DNA from: Candidatus Buchananbacteria bacterium
GTDB lineage: Bacteria; Patescibacteriota; Patescibacteriia; Buchananbacterales; UBA6539
Length of the DNA stretch: 64,000 bases
Direction: 5' to 3'
Assembly: GCA_041664165.1 (NCBI GenBank)
Contig: JBAYLH010000006.1
Coordinates: forward strand, 143 to 64,142
The notes below the pieces were generated by a model. It saw nothing but the letters and a program-made list of their open reading frames with translations, was not told where the DNA came from and did no database searches. This document shows positions 55,662 to 64,000 of the stretch, piece after piece (positions within the stretch are counted from its first letter, which is position 1; each line of letters starts with the position of its first letter). Position numbers and translations under genes: made by a program.

Positions 55662-58643
55662 ATGCCTAGGAAAAATCAAATTAACGCCATTTGTCTTTCG
55701 TCGGTTCAGGGCGATGAACAATATCGGCTTTTATTTAATCATATTCCCGACGCGGTTGTCATTGCCGATTATCACGGCTGGATTTTAAATGTTAACGAGG
55801 CGGCTTGCCAGTTATTCGGCTACCCCAAAAAAGAATTATTGTCCATGAGTATTAAAGCCTTGCATCCCAAAGCTTCGCGCCGATCAACTTTTGCTTTATT
55901 CAAGCAAATTGTCAAAAGAAGATCTCGAAGCTTGTTTGACATTGATATTATCACCAAAGGCGGCCAAGTCAGGCATACCAACTTAAATGTCAATTTGATC
56001 GAGTCGGCCGGTCAAACCAGATTGATGGGAATTTTTCGGGATGTTACCGAAAAAAAAGAAACGGAGCGGCGCTATGAAACTTTAGCCAAAATGGCCAATG
56101 ACAGTATTTATTTGTTGAATAAAGACGGCGTGGTTATTTATGTCAATGAATTCGGCGCCAAACAGCTTAACGCCAAGCCGGCTGAAATTATCGGTCAAAA
56201 GATAAAGGCTTTGTTCCCGCCGGCAATTTATAGACGGCAGAAAAATAATCTGGATCAAGTTTTCAAAACCGGCCGGCCAAGCTACTATGAAAATTTGTCA
56301 TCTTTTTCTTTCAGACCGGTTTGGCTTTCAACCAAATTAACGCCGATAAAAGATCAGCGAGGCGGAGTTGAAAGCGTGATGGGTCTGTCGCGCAATATTT
56401 CGGAAAGCTACGCTATTCAAACAAATCTAAAACAAGAAACTTCATTGTTGAATTCCATCACTCAGACATCGCTGGAAGGCATTTTGGTAATTAGTAAGGC
56501 CGGCAAGGTCGTCTTCTGCAACCAGCAGTTTCTTAATTTATGGAAAATTCCGAATAGATTGGCAAGTTTGAAAGATGACAAAAAATTATTGGCTTATGTC
56601 GTCAGTCAATTGGCCAAGCCGAAGGAATTTTTAGCTAAAGTTAATTATCTTTACCGCCACCCTTCATTAACTTCGTCTGATCAGATAAATTTTAAAGATG
56701 GCCGGGTGTTTGACCGGCAATCGATTCCGCAAAGTATCGACGGGAAAATCGTCGGCCGAGTTTGGCGCTTTAATGATATTACCGAAAACCAAGAACGTCA
56801 AAACCAGCTGGTTTTATCCGAGCAAAAGTATCGCCGCTTATTTGAGGCGGCAAAGGATGGCATCCTTATCCTTGATGCCGAAACCGGAGAAATCAGGGAA
56901 GTTAACCCGTATTTAATTCAGATGCTGGGCTATAGCCATAAGGAATTTTTGAAACGGAAGCTCTGGGAAATTGGTTTATTTAAAGACATCGTTGCTTCCA
57001 AAGAATCATTTGAGCAATTGAAACGCAAAAAATACATCCATTACGAAAATCTGCCTTTGCGGACGAAATCGGGCATGACTTTTCACGTGGAGTTTGTCAG
57101 TAATGTGTACCTGATTGACCATACGAAAGTTGTCCAGTGCAACATTCGCGATATTACCGCGCGGTATGAAGCGGAAGAGAATTTAGCCAATAACGAAGCC
57201 CGTTTCCGGGCGATTTATGAAAATAGTCCGGTGCCGATTTTTTTAATCGGGTTGGACGGCCGTTTTTTAAATGTGAATTTAGCCGCCGTTAAAATGCTTC
57301 AGTATTCGCAAAAGGAATTGCAAAAATTAACTTTCGGCGATATTACCCATCCGGAGGAAGTTAAAAGGGATGTGGCAAAAGTCAAAGAATTGATAAGCGG
57401 TAAAATTTCCAACTATGACATGGAAAAGCGCTACCTACGAAAAGACAAAAAAATTATTTATGTCCATATTAGCGCCACTCTGGTTAGAGACGTCAAAAAC
57501 AAACCGGCATATTTTTTGACGATTGTCGAAGACGTTACGGATCATCATGAGTATTTGGAAAGAATCCGGCAATCGGAAATAAAGTACAGCACTCTGGTGG
57601 AAAACAGCAATGATGCGGTTTTAGTCATTCAAGATGGACTATACAAATTTGCCAATAAAAGTTCGGAAAATATTACCGGCTATAAAGCTAAAGAGGTGCT
57701 GGGCAAGCCGCTGATAGATTTCGTATCGCCTAAAGATAAAAAAAGGGTGATGGATATATATGTTAAGAGAATGAGGGGCGAACAAGTGCCTAGCCGGTAT
57801 GAATTTGAGGTTGTAAAAAGAGATGGCAGTTTGCTGCCGATCGAAGTCAGCAGCTCGGTCGTGGAATTCGACGGCCAGCCGGCGGTAATGGCGATTATTC
57901 GCGATATCACTAAAGCCAGGGAAATTGACCGGGTAAAATCGGAATTCATTTCGGTTGCTTCGCATCAATTGCGCGGGCCGCTGACCGGCATTAAATGGTT
58001 TAGCCAGCTATTGATAGACGAAAAGGCGGGCAAACTAACACCCAAGCAATTTGATTTTCTAAGGCAGGTTTACAACAGCAATGAACGGATGATCAGCTTG
58101 GTTAATGATCTGCTTGATGTTTCCCGCATTGAAACCGGGCAAAAATTCGTACTTGAAAAAAAACCAGGCGATATCGTTATTTTGATAAATAATGTAATTA
58201 AAGATCAAAGGATTAATTTGCCGGTAGAAAATATAAGCATAAAGTTTGACAGATCTTTTCCCGATAAACTGGTTTTTAATTTCGACCAAGGTAAAATTTA
58301 TCAAGCTTTTTCCAACTTAATCAGCAATTCGATCAAGTATTCCGGCAAGGATAAAAAAATAATTATCGGCCTAAAGCGTTTGGGCGACAAGGTTGAGTTT
58401 TTTGTTAAAGATTTCGGTTTCGGCATCCCTCAAAATCAGCAAAGCCGGGTCTTTCAGAAATTTTTTAGAGCCGACAATACCGCCAACATATCGACCGAAG
58501 GCACGGGCTTGGGTCTTTATATCGTCAAAGGCATCGTGGAGGCTCACGGCGGCAAAGTCTGGTTTGAATCGGCGGAGAATAAAGGAACAACTTTTTATAT
58601 CGTTTTGCCGCTGAAAAATCAAAAAAATCCCGATATTAAATAA
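55662..58643 (+). CDS. Multi-PAS cytoplasmic histidine kinase
   Basis: About six PAS domains ending RDVT/RNIS/NDIT/RDIT/EDVT/RDIT; ASHQLRGPLT; NLISNSIKY; D.G.GI; GTGLGL; no TM. Confidence 0.95.
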   Translation: MPRKNQINAICLSSVQGDEQYRLLFNHIPDAVVIADYHGWILNVNEAACQLFGYPKKELLSMSIKALHPKASRRSTFALFKQIVKRRSRSLFDIDIITKGGQVRHTNLNVNLIESAGQTRLMGIFRDVTEKKETERRYETLAKMANDSIYLLNKDGVVIYVNEFGAKQLNAKPAEIIGQKIKALFPPAIYRRQKNNLDQVFKTGRPSYYENLSSFSFRPVWLSTKLTPIKDQRGGVESVMGLSRNISESYAIQTNLKQETSLLNSITQTSLEGILVISKAGKVVFCNQQFLNLWKIPNRLASLKDDKKLLAYVVSQLAKPKEFLAKVNYLYRHPSLTSSDQINFKDGRVFDRQSIPQSIDGKIVGRVWRFNDITENQERQNQLVLSEQKYRRLFEAAKDGILILDAETGEIREVNPYLIQMLGYSHKEFLKRKLWEIGLFKDIVASKESFEQLKRKKYIHYENLPLRTKSGMTFHVEFVSNVYLIDHTKVVQCNIRDITARYEAEENLANNEARFRAIYENSPVPIFLIGLDGRFLNVNLAAVKMLQYSQKELQKLTFGDITHPEEVKRDVAKVKELISGKISNYDMEKRYLRKDKKIIYVHISATLVRDVKNKPAYFLTIVEDVTDHHEYLERIRQSEIKYSTLVENSNDAVLVIQDGLYKFANKSSENITGYKAKEVLGKPLIDFVSPKDKKRVMDIYVKRMRGEQVPSRYEFEVVKRDGSLLPIEVSSSVVEFDGQPAVMAIIRDITKAREIDRVKSEFISVASHQLRGPLTGIKWFSQLLIDEKAGKLTPKQFDFLRQVYNSNERMISLVNDLLDVSRIETGQKFVLEKKPGDIVILINNVIKDQRINLPVENISIKFDRSFPDKLVFNFDQGKIYQAFSNLISNSIKYSGKDKKIIIGLKRLGDKVEFFVKDFGFGIPQNQQSRVFQKFFRADNTANISTEGTGLGLYIVKGIVEAHGGKVWFESAENKGTTFYIVLPLKNQKNPDIK

Positions 58644-58667
58644 TAATTTAATAAGATTGCAAAAACT

Positions 58668-59039
58668 ATGAAAAAAATTCTGTTAATCATTGATGATGAG
58701 CCGACCGTTCTTGAAGCCCTATCATCACAGTTTGATCAAGAAAAGGTCAGCGTTTTAACGGCTAAAGACGGCCAAGAAGGCTTAAAAATTGCTTTGGAAA
58801 ATCATCCGGATTTGATTTTGCTTGATTTGATAATGCCTAAAATGGACGGGATGACGATGCTAACCAAATTAAGAGATGACGAATGGGGCAAAACCGCCGA
58901 GGTAATAATTTTAACTAACTTAAGCGATGCCCAAAAAGTCGCCGAAGCGGTCGATCGCGGCACTTATGAATATTTAGTCAAAGTAAATTGGAATGTCAGC
59001 GACGTGGTTAATAAAGTTAAGAATAAATTGGGCTTGTAA
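58668..59039 (+). CDS. Single-domain response regulator
   Basis: IDDE, ILLD, PKMDG, TNL, YLVK. Confidence 0.93.
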   Translation: MKKILLIIDDEPTVLEALSSQFDQEKVSVLTAKDGQEGLKIALENHPDLILLDLIMPKMDGMTMLTKLRDDEWGKTAEVIILTNLSDAQKVAEAVDRGTYEYLVKVNWNVSDVVNKVKNKLGL

Positions 59040-59240
59040 TTTGTTTTTCGGTTTTTCTTGTCTTGGCAAAGGGGATACCCCCAGAGAAGGAAGCTGACGC
59101 TGGGAAAACAGTTGAAATAATTAGAATTTCAAATATTGCAAAATATCGCTAAAATTTGCGAAGATTATAAGGGAGAGGGTATAATATAAATAAGGTAAGA
59201 TTAGTTTAAATATACAAAATTACTCTTAAAAATCAAATTT

Positions 59241-60440
59241 ATGAAAAAATTTGTTAAAGGTTCAGCCTCAGCATTAGCTGTTTTTTTTGTGTTTGTTCTG
59301 ATTGGAACAAACACCGTGCTTGCGGCTACGTCGCCATCTCTTGGATTGGCGGCCACCTATGGTGTTCTCGGTAGCACCTATACCAACACAACGGCAGGAA
59401 CGACGATCACCGGAGATATCGGATTTACCACCGGACCAGCGGTTGCTCCCTTGGGCGTTCACACAAACTACGGATCTGGCGCTCCGTATGCTACGGCCGG
59501 CACAGATCAGGGCAGTGCCTTATCTAGTTTGGCTTCTCAGCCGTGTACATTTACTTTTGCGCCCGGAGCGATTAATCTCTCTACTGATACGACCCACGGT
59601 GCTATCGGTGTGTATGCTCCCGGAGTATATTGCAGTACGGGGGCGATGAATGTAGGCGGTCCGCTTACTCTTAGTGGCAGTGGAACGTACATTTTCAGAC
59701 CCGATGGCGCGCTTAATTCGACGGCCGGCGCGGTTGTTACTTTGGCTGGTGCCTCAGCTTGCGATGTTTTTTGGACACCAACAGCGGCGACAACACTTGC
59801 CGCCAATACGACGTTTGTGGGAACAGTAATTGATAATTCTGGTATTACCGTGGGTGCTAATACTACGTGGACAGGAAGAGCCTTGACGTATGGCGGAACG
59901 GTTACGACCGATACGGACACCATTACCGTACCGACTTGCGCGGTCTCCCCAGCCACTCTCCATATCATCAAAACAGTTATTAACGACAATGGCGGCACCA
60001 CAGCTGCTTCCAGTTTTAATCTACATGTAAAACTTTCCGGGACTGACGTTTCAGGAAGTCCGGCAAGTGGAACGGCTTCGCCCGGAACTTCTTATTCACT
60101 GGCTGCCGGTACGTATGTAGTGAGTGAAGATTCAAATGCCTCTTATACGCAAAGTTTCAGCGGGGATTGTAATTCAAGTGGCAGTGTGACGCTGGCTGCC
60201 GGCGACAACAAGACTTGTACGATTACCAATAATGACATCGCGGCTGTGGTCGTTCCACCGACCCCAACGCCCACGCCAACACCTACACCTACACCTACGC
60301 CTACACCTACGCCCAGTCTTCCAAATACGGGAATCGATCCTAGCAGCAGTAGCAGTGTTTCCTGGAATGTTATTATTCCGATTGGTATTTTTGTTGTTCT
60401 ATTTTCGCTCTACCTGGCGCGAAAGAAATTGGCAATTTAA
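59241..60440 (+). CDS. Ice-binding-like (DUF3494) protein with an LPNTG sorting signal
   Basis: Signal peptide; PGVY, YIF, VFW, FVGTVI, GRAL beta-solenoid; pilin-like domain; PT linker; LPNTG, TM, RKK. Confidence 0.88.
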   Translation: MKKFVKGSASALAVFFVFVLIGTNTVLAATSPSLGLAATYGVLGSTYTNTTAGTTITGDIGFTTGPAVAPLGVHTNYGSGAPYATAGTDQGSALSSLASQPCTFTFAPGAINLSTDTTHGAIGVYAPGVYCSTGAMNVGGPLTLSGSGTYIFRPDGALNSTAGAVVTLAGASACDVFWTPTAATTLAANTTFVGTVIDNSGITVGANTTWTGRALTYGGTVTTDTDTITVPTCAVSPATLHIIKTVINDNGGTTAASSFNLHVKLSGTDVSGSPASGTASPGTSYSLAAGTYVVSEDSNASYTQSFSGDCNSSGSVTLAAGDNKTCTITNNDIAAVVVPPTPTPTPTPTPTPTPTPTPSLPNTGIDPSSSSSVSWNVIIPIGIFVVLFSLYLARKKLAI

Positions 60441-60456
60441 CCTAAGTATTGCATGT

Positions 60457-62628
60457 ATGAAAATATTTAATAGAAATTCAATATTAACCATATTAGTCAT
60501 TTTCTTTATGCTTGTTGCGCTCGGCCTAGCTGGGCCGAACGTTGTTTTAGCGGCGGCTACTGCGCCCACTTTGGGTAACGCGGCAAGTTTTGCGGTTTTG
60601 GGCGCCTCGACCGTGACAAATACTGGATCTACGGTTCTCCATGGCGATCTCGGACTTAGCCCGGGTACTTCAATCACTGGTTTTTTTGGAACCGTTGCAA
60701 ATGACGGCCCGGGAGTTTTTACCGGACATGCGGTTCATCAAACCGATGCAACGGCTGGTTTGGCGCAGACGGCTGCTACTAGCGCCTACGGTGATCTCAA
60801 TCAGGGGTGCGACTTTGGCCCCTTTGGTCCGACCGATTTAGCCGGACAAACGCTTGTTCCGGGCGTTTATTGTTATTCATCGTCGGTTCAGATATCGTCG
60901 GGAGGAGTGCTCACTCTTAATGCCCAGGGCAACCCCAATGCCGTTTGGGTCTTTAAAATTGGCAGTACACTCACAACTATTTCGGGCGCCTCGGTTGTAT
61001 TTAGTAATCCAGGCGTAGGTACTCCGGGTTGCAACGTGTATTGGCAAGTTGGCAGTTCAGCGACTCTCGGTACAACCACGACGTTTGTTGGAACCATTAT
61101 TGCAGCTGACGATATTACGCTGAATACCGGCGCAACCGTAAGCGGCAGAGTCTTGGCGCGCGGCGTGGCCGCTGATGGTGCCGTAACTTTGGATACCAAC
61201 ACCATTACCGTGCCGACCTGCGCAGCCGTTCCGTCTTTAACTCTCAACAAAATTTTAGTCAAAGACAACGGCGGCACCGCTGTTGAATCAGATTGGACTT
61301 TAACGGCAACTGGCCCGATAACTTTGACTGGTTCTGGTGCCGCTGGCTCTACTGACGTAGTCAGCGACGGCACTTTTTCAGCCGGCACCTACACCTTATC
61401 TGAATCAGGACCAGCGGGTTACAGTACTTCCTTATGGACATGCACGAATGGTATTACTGTTGCTAGCGGCCAAATTACTCTGGCCAATGGACAGTCAACA
61501 GTCTGTACAATCACTAATGATGATATCGCGCCTCAACTCATTGTGAACAAGGTTATCGTTAATGATAGCGGCGGCACTAAGGCGATTTCTGATTTTCCGC
61601 TCTTTATCGACGGCAGTAGCGTGGTATCGGGAGTCGCAAGTACTACTGTGACAGGATTACACACAGTTTCCGAAACTTCTGATTCTGATTATGTGGCCAC
61701 CATTAGCGGCAATTGCGCTGCGGATGGTACGATTACTCTTGCATTGGGTGATGTGAAGACCTGTACCATCACTAACAACGACATCGCACCAGTTTCATCA
61801 GGTGGCGGCGGAGGTGGCGGCAATGCGCCTGTACCACCTCTTATTGATGTAGTAAAAGTACCCAGCCCTTTAGCCCTACCAGGTGGTTCAGGTTTGGTAA
61901 AATACACTTACACCCTTCGCAATATCGGAACGGTTCCGGTGAGCAATGTAACAATGGTCGGCGACACTTGCAGTCCTATAACATTAATTTCTGGTGATGC
62001 TAATGCCGACGCCAGGCTCGATTTGAATGAAACTTGGATCTACACCTGTTCCAAGACGCTTTCAGAAACTCACACGAACATTGTTACGGCGACTGGCTGG
62101 GCTAATGGCATAAGTGCAACCGATATCGCCAACGCGACGGTTGTTGTCGGCTTACCGGTCGTGCCACCCTTAATTCATGTAACCAAAGTTCCCAATCCGC
62201 TGACGTTGCCGGCCGGCGAAGGAATGGTTACCTACGCCAATAAAGTTACCAACCCGGGAACAGTCGCCTTAAGCAATATCAGTCTTTCTGATGATAAATG
62301 TAGCCCTGTGGGATATATTTCCGGCGACACAAACAGCGATTCAAAACTTGATATCACGGAGACGTGGACCTATACCTGTCGCATGAGACTTACTAAAACC
62401 ACGACAAACACCGTTACCGCCAAAGGTGAAGCCAATGGTCTGATGGCGAGAGATTTCGCGATTGCGACCGTGGTTGTGGCTCCTACCGTTGCAGCTACTG
62501 CCGTTCCGGCACTGCCGGATGCAGGGATTGCCCCTGACCAGAAAGGTATTTCATGGAATATCATTATACTCTTTAGCATCCTCATATTAGTTTTAACTTC
62601 GTTTATTATAATTCCCCGCCTGCGCTGA
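60457..62628 (+). CDS. Ice-binding-like (DUF3494) protein with stalk domains and an LPDAG sorting signal
   Basis: Start at ATG 60457; FAVLGASTVTNTG, TLVPGVY, WVFKIGSTL, VYWQVGSSATLG; K...ITN and YTY.L.N.G repeats; LPDAG, TM. Confidence 0.9.
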   Translation: MKIFNRNSILTILVIFFMLVALGLAGPNVVLAAATAPTLGNAASFAVLGASTVTNTGSTVLHGDLGLSPGTSITGFFGTVANDGPGVFTGHAVHQTDATAGLAQTAATSAYGDLNQGCDFGPFGPTDLAGQTLVPGVYCYSSSVQISSGGVLTLNAQGNPNAVWVFKIGSTLTTISGASVVFSNPGVGTPGCNVYWQVGSSATLGTTTTFVGTIIAADDITLNTGATVSGRVLARGVAADGAVTLDTNTITVPTCAAVPSLTLNKILVKDNGGTAVESDWTLTATGPITLTGSGAAGSTDVVSDGTFSAGTYTLSESGPAGYSTSLWTCTNGITVASGQITLANGQSTVCTITNDDIAPQLIVNKVIVNDSGGTKAISDFPLFIDGSSVVSGVASTTVTGLHTVSETSDSDYVATISGNCAADGTITLALGDVKTCTITNNDIAPVSSGGGGGGGNAPVPPLIDVVKVPSPLALPGGSGLVKYTYTLRNIGTVPVSNVTMVGDTCSPITLISGDANADARLDLNETWIYTCSKTLSETHTNIVTATGWANGISATDIANATVVVGLPVVPPLIHVTKVPNPLTLPAGEGMVTYANKVTNPGTVALSNISLSDDKCSPVGYISGDTNSDSKLDITETWTYTCRMRLTKTTTNTVTAKGEANGLMARDFAIATVVVAPTVAATAVPALPDAGIAPDQKGISWNIIILFSILILVLTSFIIIPRLR

Positions 62629-62674
62629 AGCTTCCGCCTCCGCTGATGCTTCGGTGGACAAGTCGGCGGGCAGG
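62615..62674. repeat. Nested palindromic repeat overlapping the CDS stop
   Basis: CCCGCCTGCGCTGAAGCT[TCCGCC...GGACAAG]TCGGCGGGCAGG. Confidence 0.65.
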
Positions 62675-62786
62675 TAATAAAATATATAATCTAGGCGGCA
62701 GGATTAACAAATGTGCTCAGTAATGGATTTCTTTTGGAGGTAAGAAAGGCTCCGCTTAGACGGAGCCTTTCTATTGTTGATTATTT

Positions 62787-63812
62787 ATGCCATCGAAAAT
62801 CTCATTAAAACAGCCATTGTTAATTGCCAGTATTGTGGGAATTGTATTTTATTCAGTAATTATTTTATTTCTGATTTTTGGTTCGCCTGTTCAGGGTTCT
62901 GATACAAAGCCCGCCTCACCGACCAATAGTCAGGCTTTGCAAAATTTAATTGACGGAAAGTCAGTCGAAGCTATCTGGGGTATCACTTTTCCAAAACAAC
63001 CGAGCCTGCCTGCCGGCCAGGCAGGTGCGGGGCTGCCAATTCGTCTAAAAATTCCAAAGATTAATATTAATATTGCTCTTGAGTCGGTAGGTCTTACGCC
63101 TCAGGGAGCGGTGGATGTACCAAAAGACCCCGCTAACGCTGCCTGGTTTAATCTCGGGTCGCGTCCCGGAGATAATGGTAGTGCCGTTATTACCGGCCAT
63201 TATGGCTGGTGGAAAGACGGTACGTCCGGGATATTTAATAATTTATCTAAATTAAAAAAGGGAGACAAAATATACGTCCAGGATGACAAAGGAACAATTA
63301 TTACCTTTGTGATTAGTGAATTTCAGACGTATGATCCGAATGCGGATGTTCCAGAAGTGTTTAACTCAAATGACGGAAAAGTACACCTTAATCTCATCAC
63401 CTGCGAAGGAGTTTGGAATAAAAGTGCCAAACAGTATTCCAAGCGGTTAGTGGTGTTTGCCGATAAAGAAGAAGTAAACAGCAGCAATCTGATCGCATTT
63501 GCTGGCGTGATGTCCGCAGCATCTGCCCCGGCTGTTGTGACGCCTGCCCCCGCGGCTCCCGCGGCCTGCACTACTGCCGCCACTTTTACCAAGTTTTTGT
63601 CTTTTGGGAGTACTCAAAAGCAGGTTCGCCAGCTTCAAAATCTCCTGCAGTGTCTGGGCTACTTTCCGGCCGATGTCGCGCCGACTGGCTATTTCGGTCA
63701 GGCGACCGAAGATTCAGTCAAAAAATTTCAATCGGCAAACGGCATTGAAGCTGCTGGTTATGTGGGACCAGCTACTCGCTCGGCTCTTAATCATTATGTC
63801 GTGATGAAATAA
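62787..63812 (+). CDS. Class F sortase fused to a C-terminal peptidoglycan-binding domain
   Basis: PIRLKIP, PG..GSAVITGH, LITC, KRLVV triad; G....V..LQ..L...GYF...TGYFG..T...V..FQ. Confidence 0.92.
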   Translation: MPSKISLKQPLLIASIVGIVFYSVIILFLIFGSPVQGSDTKPASPTNSQALQNLIDGKSVEAIWGITFPKQPSLPAGQAGAGLPIRLKIPKININIALESVGLTPQGAVDVPKDPANAAWFNLGSRPGDNGSAVITGHYGWWKDGTSGIFNNLSKLKKGDKIYVQDDKGTIITFVISEFQTYDPNADVPEVFNSNDGKVHLNLITCEGVWNKSAKQYSKRLVVFADKEEVNSSNLIAFAGVMSAASAPAVVTPAPAAPAACTTAATFTKFLSFGSTQKQVRQLQNLLQCLGYFPADVAPTGYFGQATEDSVKKFQSANGIEAAGYVGPATRSALNHYVVMK

Positions 63813-64000
63813 GAGATTAAGTTTTTTAAAAGGGTTTAATTAATTATTATACCATCGTGAGCTTGCTCCGAGGTTACTTTGCAAGGAAGAGTTTGAGAAA
63901 CCATCGGTTTTTCAATGAAAAAATATTCCTTACTATACCTCGTCAGCTTGCTGCGAGGTAGTTGATTTAAAACAAGCCTATTATTGATGTGTAATATAAT

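Noticed and set aside
60232-60456. N-terminal extension of the 798-aa ORF
   Set aside because: Alternative-frame reading of the upstream PT linker; the signal peptide begins at ATG 60457
1698-63804. Numerous antisense or nested ORFs within long genes
   Set aside because: Fully overlap well-supported CDSs and show no motifs

Overview
A 64-kb chromosomal window from a bacterium that looks like Patescibacteria/CPR (inferred from gene content, CPR-style receiver and TrmB proteins, a tRNA-Ile(UAU) and dense short palindromic repeats; standard code). It opens in the 3' end of 23S rRNA, which is interrupted by a group I intron carrying a LAGLIDADG gene, followed by 5S rRNA. Next come amino-sugar and glycolysis genes (nagB, RHH-nucleotidyltransferase, gap, TrmB regulator, glmS, split GlmU-like pair), EndoQ, housekeeping genes (rplS, gmk, RluA, cca, tyrS), divergent purM/purN(nonsense)/purL/purQ, pilT, gpmI, amtB, mgtA, a DEAD-box helicase and seven intact tRNAs. 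Four candidates stand out. (1) Single-gene cassettes stacked downstream of tRNA-Ala and tRNA-His between repeated att-like sequences; duplicated tRNA ends there are repeatedly broken in the T-loop by palindromic mini-elements, and one such element carries an intact tRNA-His inside a split tRNA-His. (2) A 15.5-kb co-oriented surface/signalling locus: a mini/giant paralogous membrane-protein pair, a six-PAS cytoplasmic kinase, three receiver-only regulators, two ice-binding-like (DUF3494) proteins with LPxTG-type tails and a class F sortase. (3) Unannotated RNA elements: an ANTAR-type dual hairpin before amtB, a two-state leader before trmB-glmS and a 6S-like RNA. (4) Small Lys/Arg-rich ORFs missed or mis-started by the ORF track. 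All assignments were made by eye; no searches were run.
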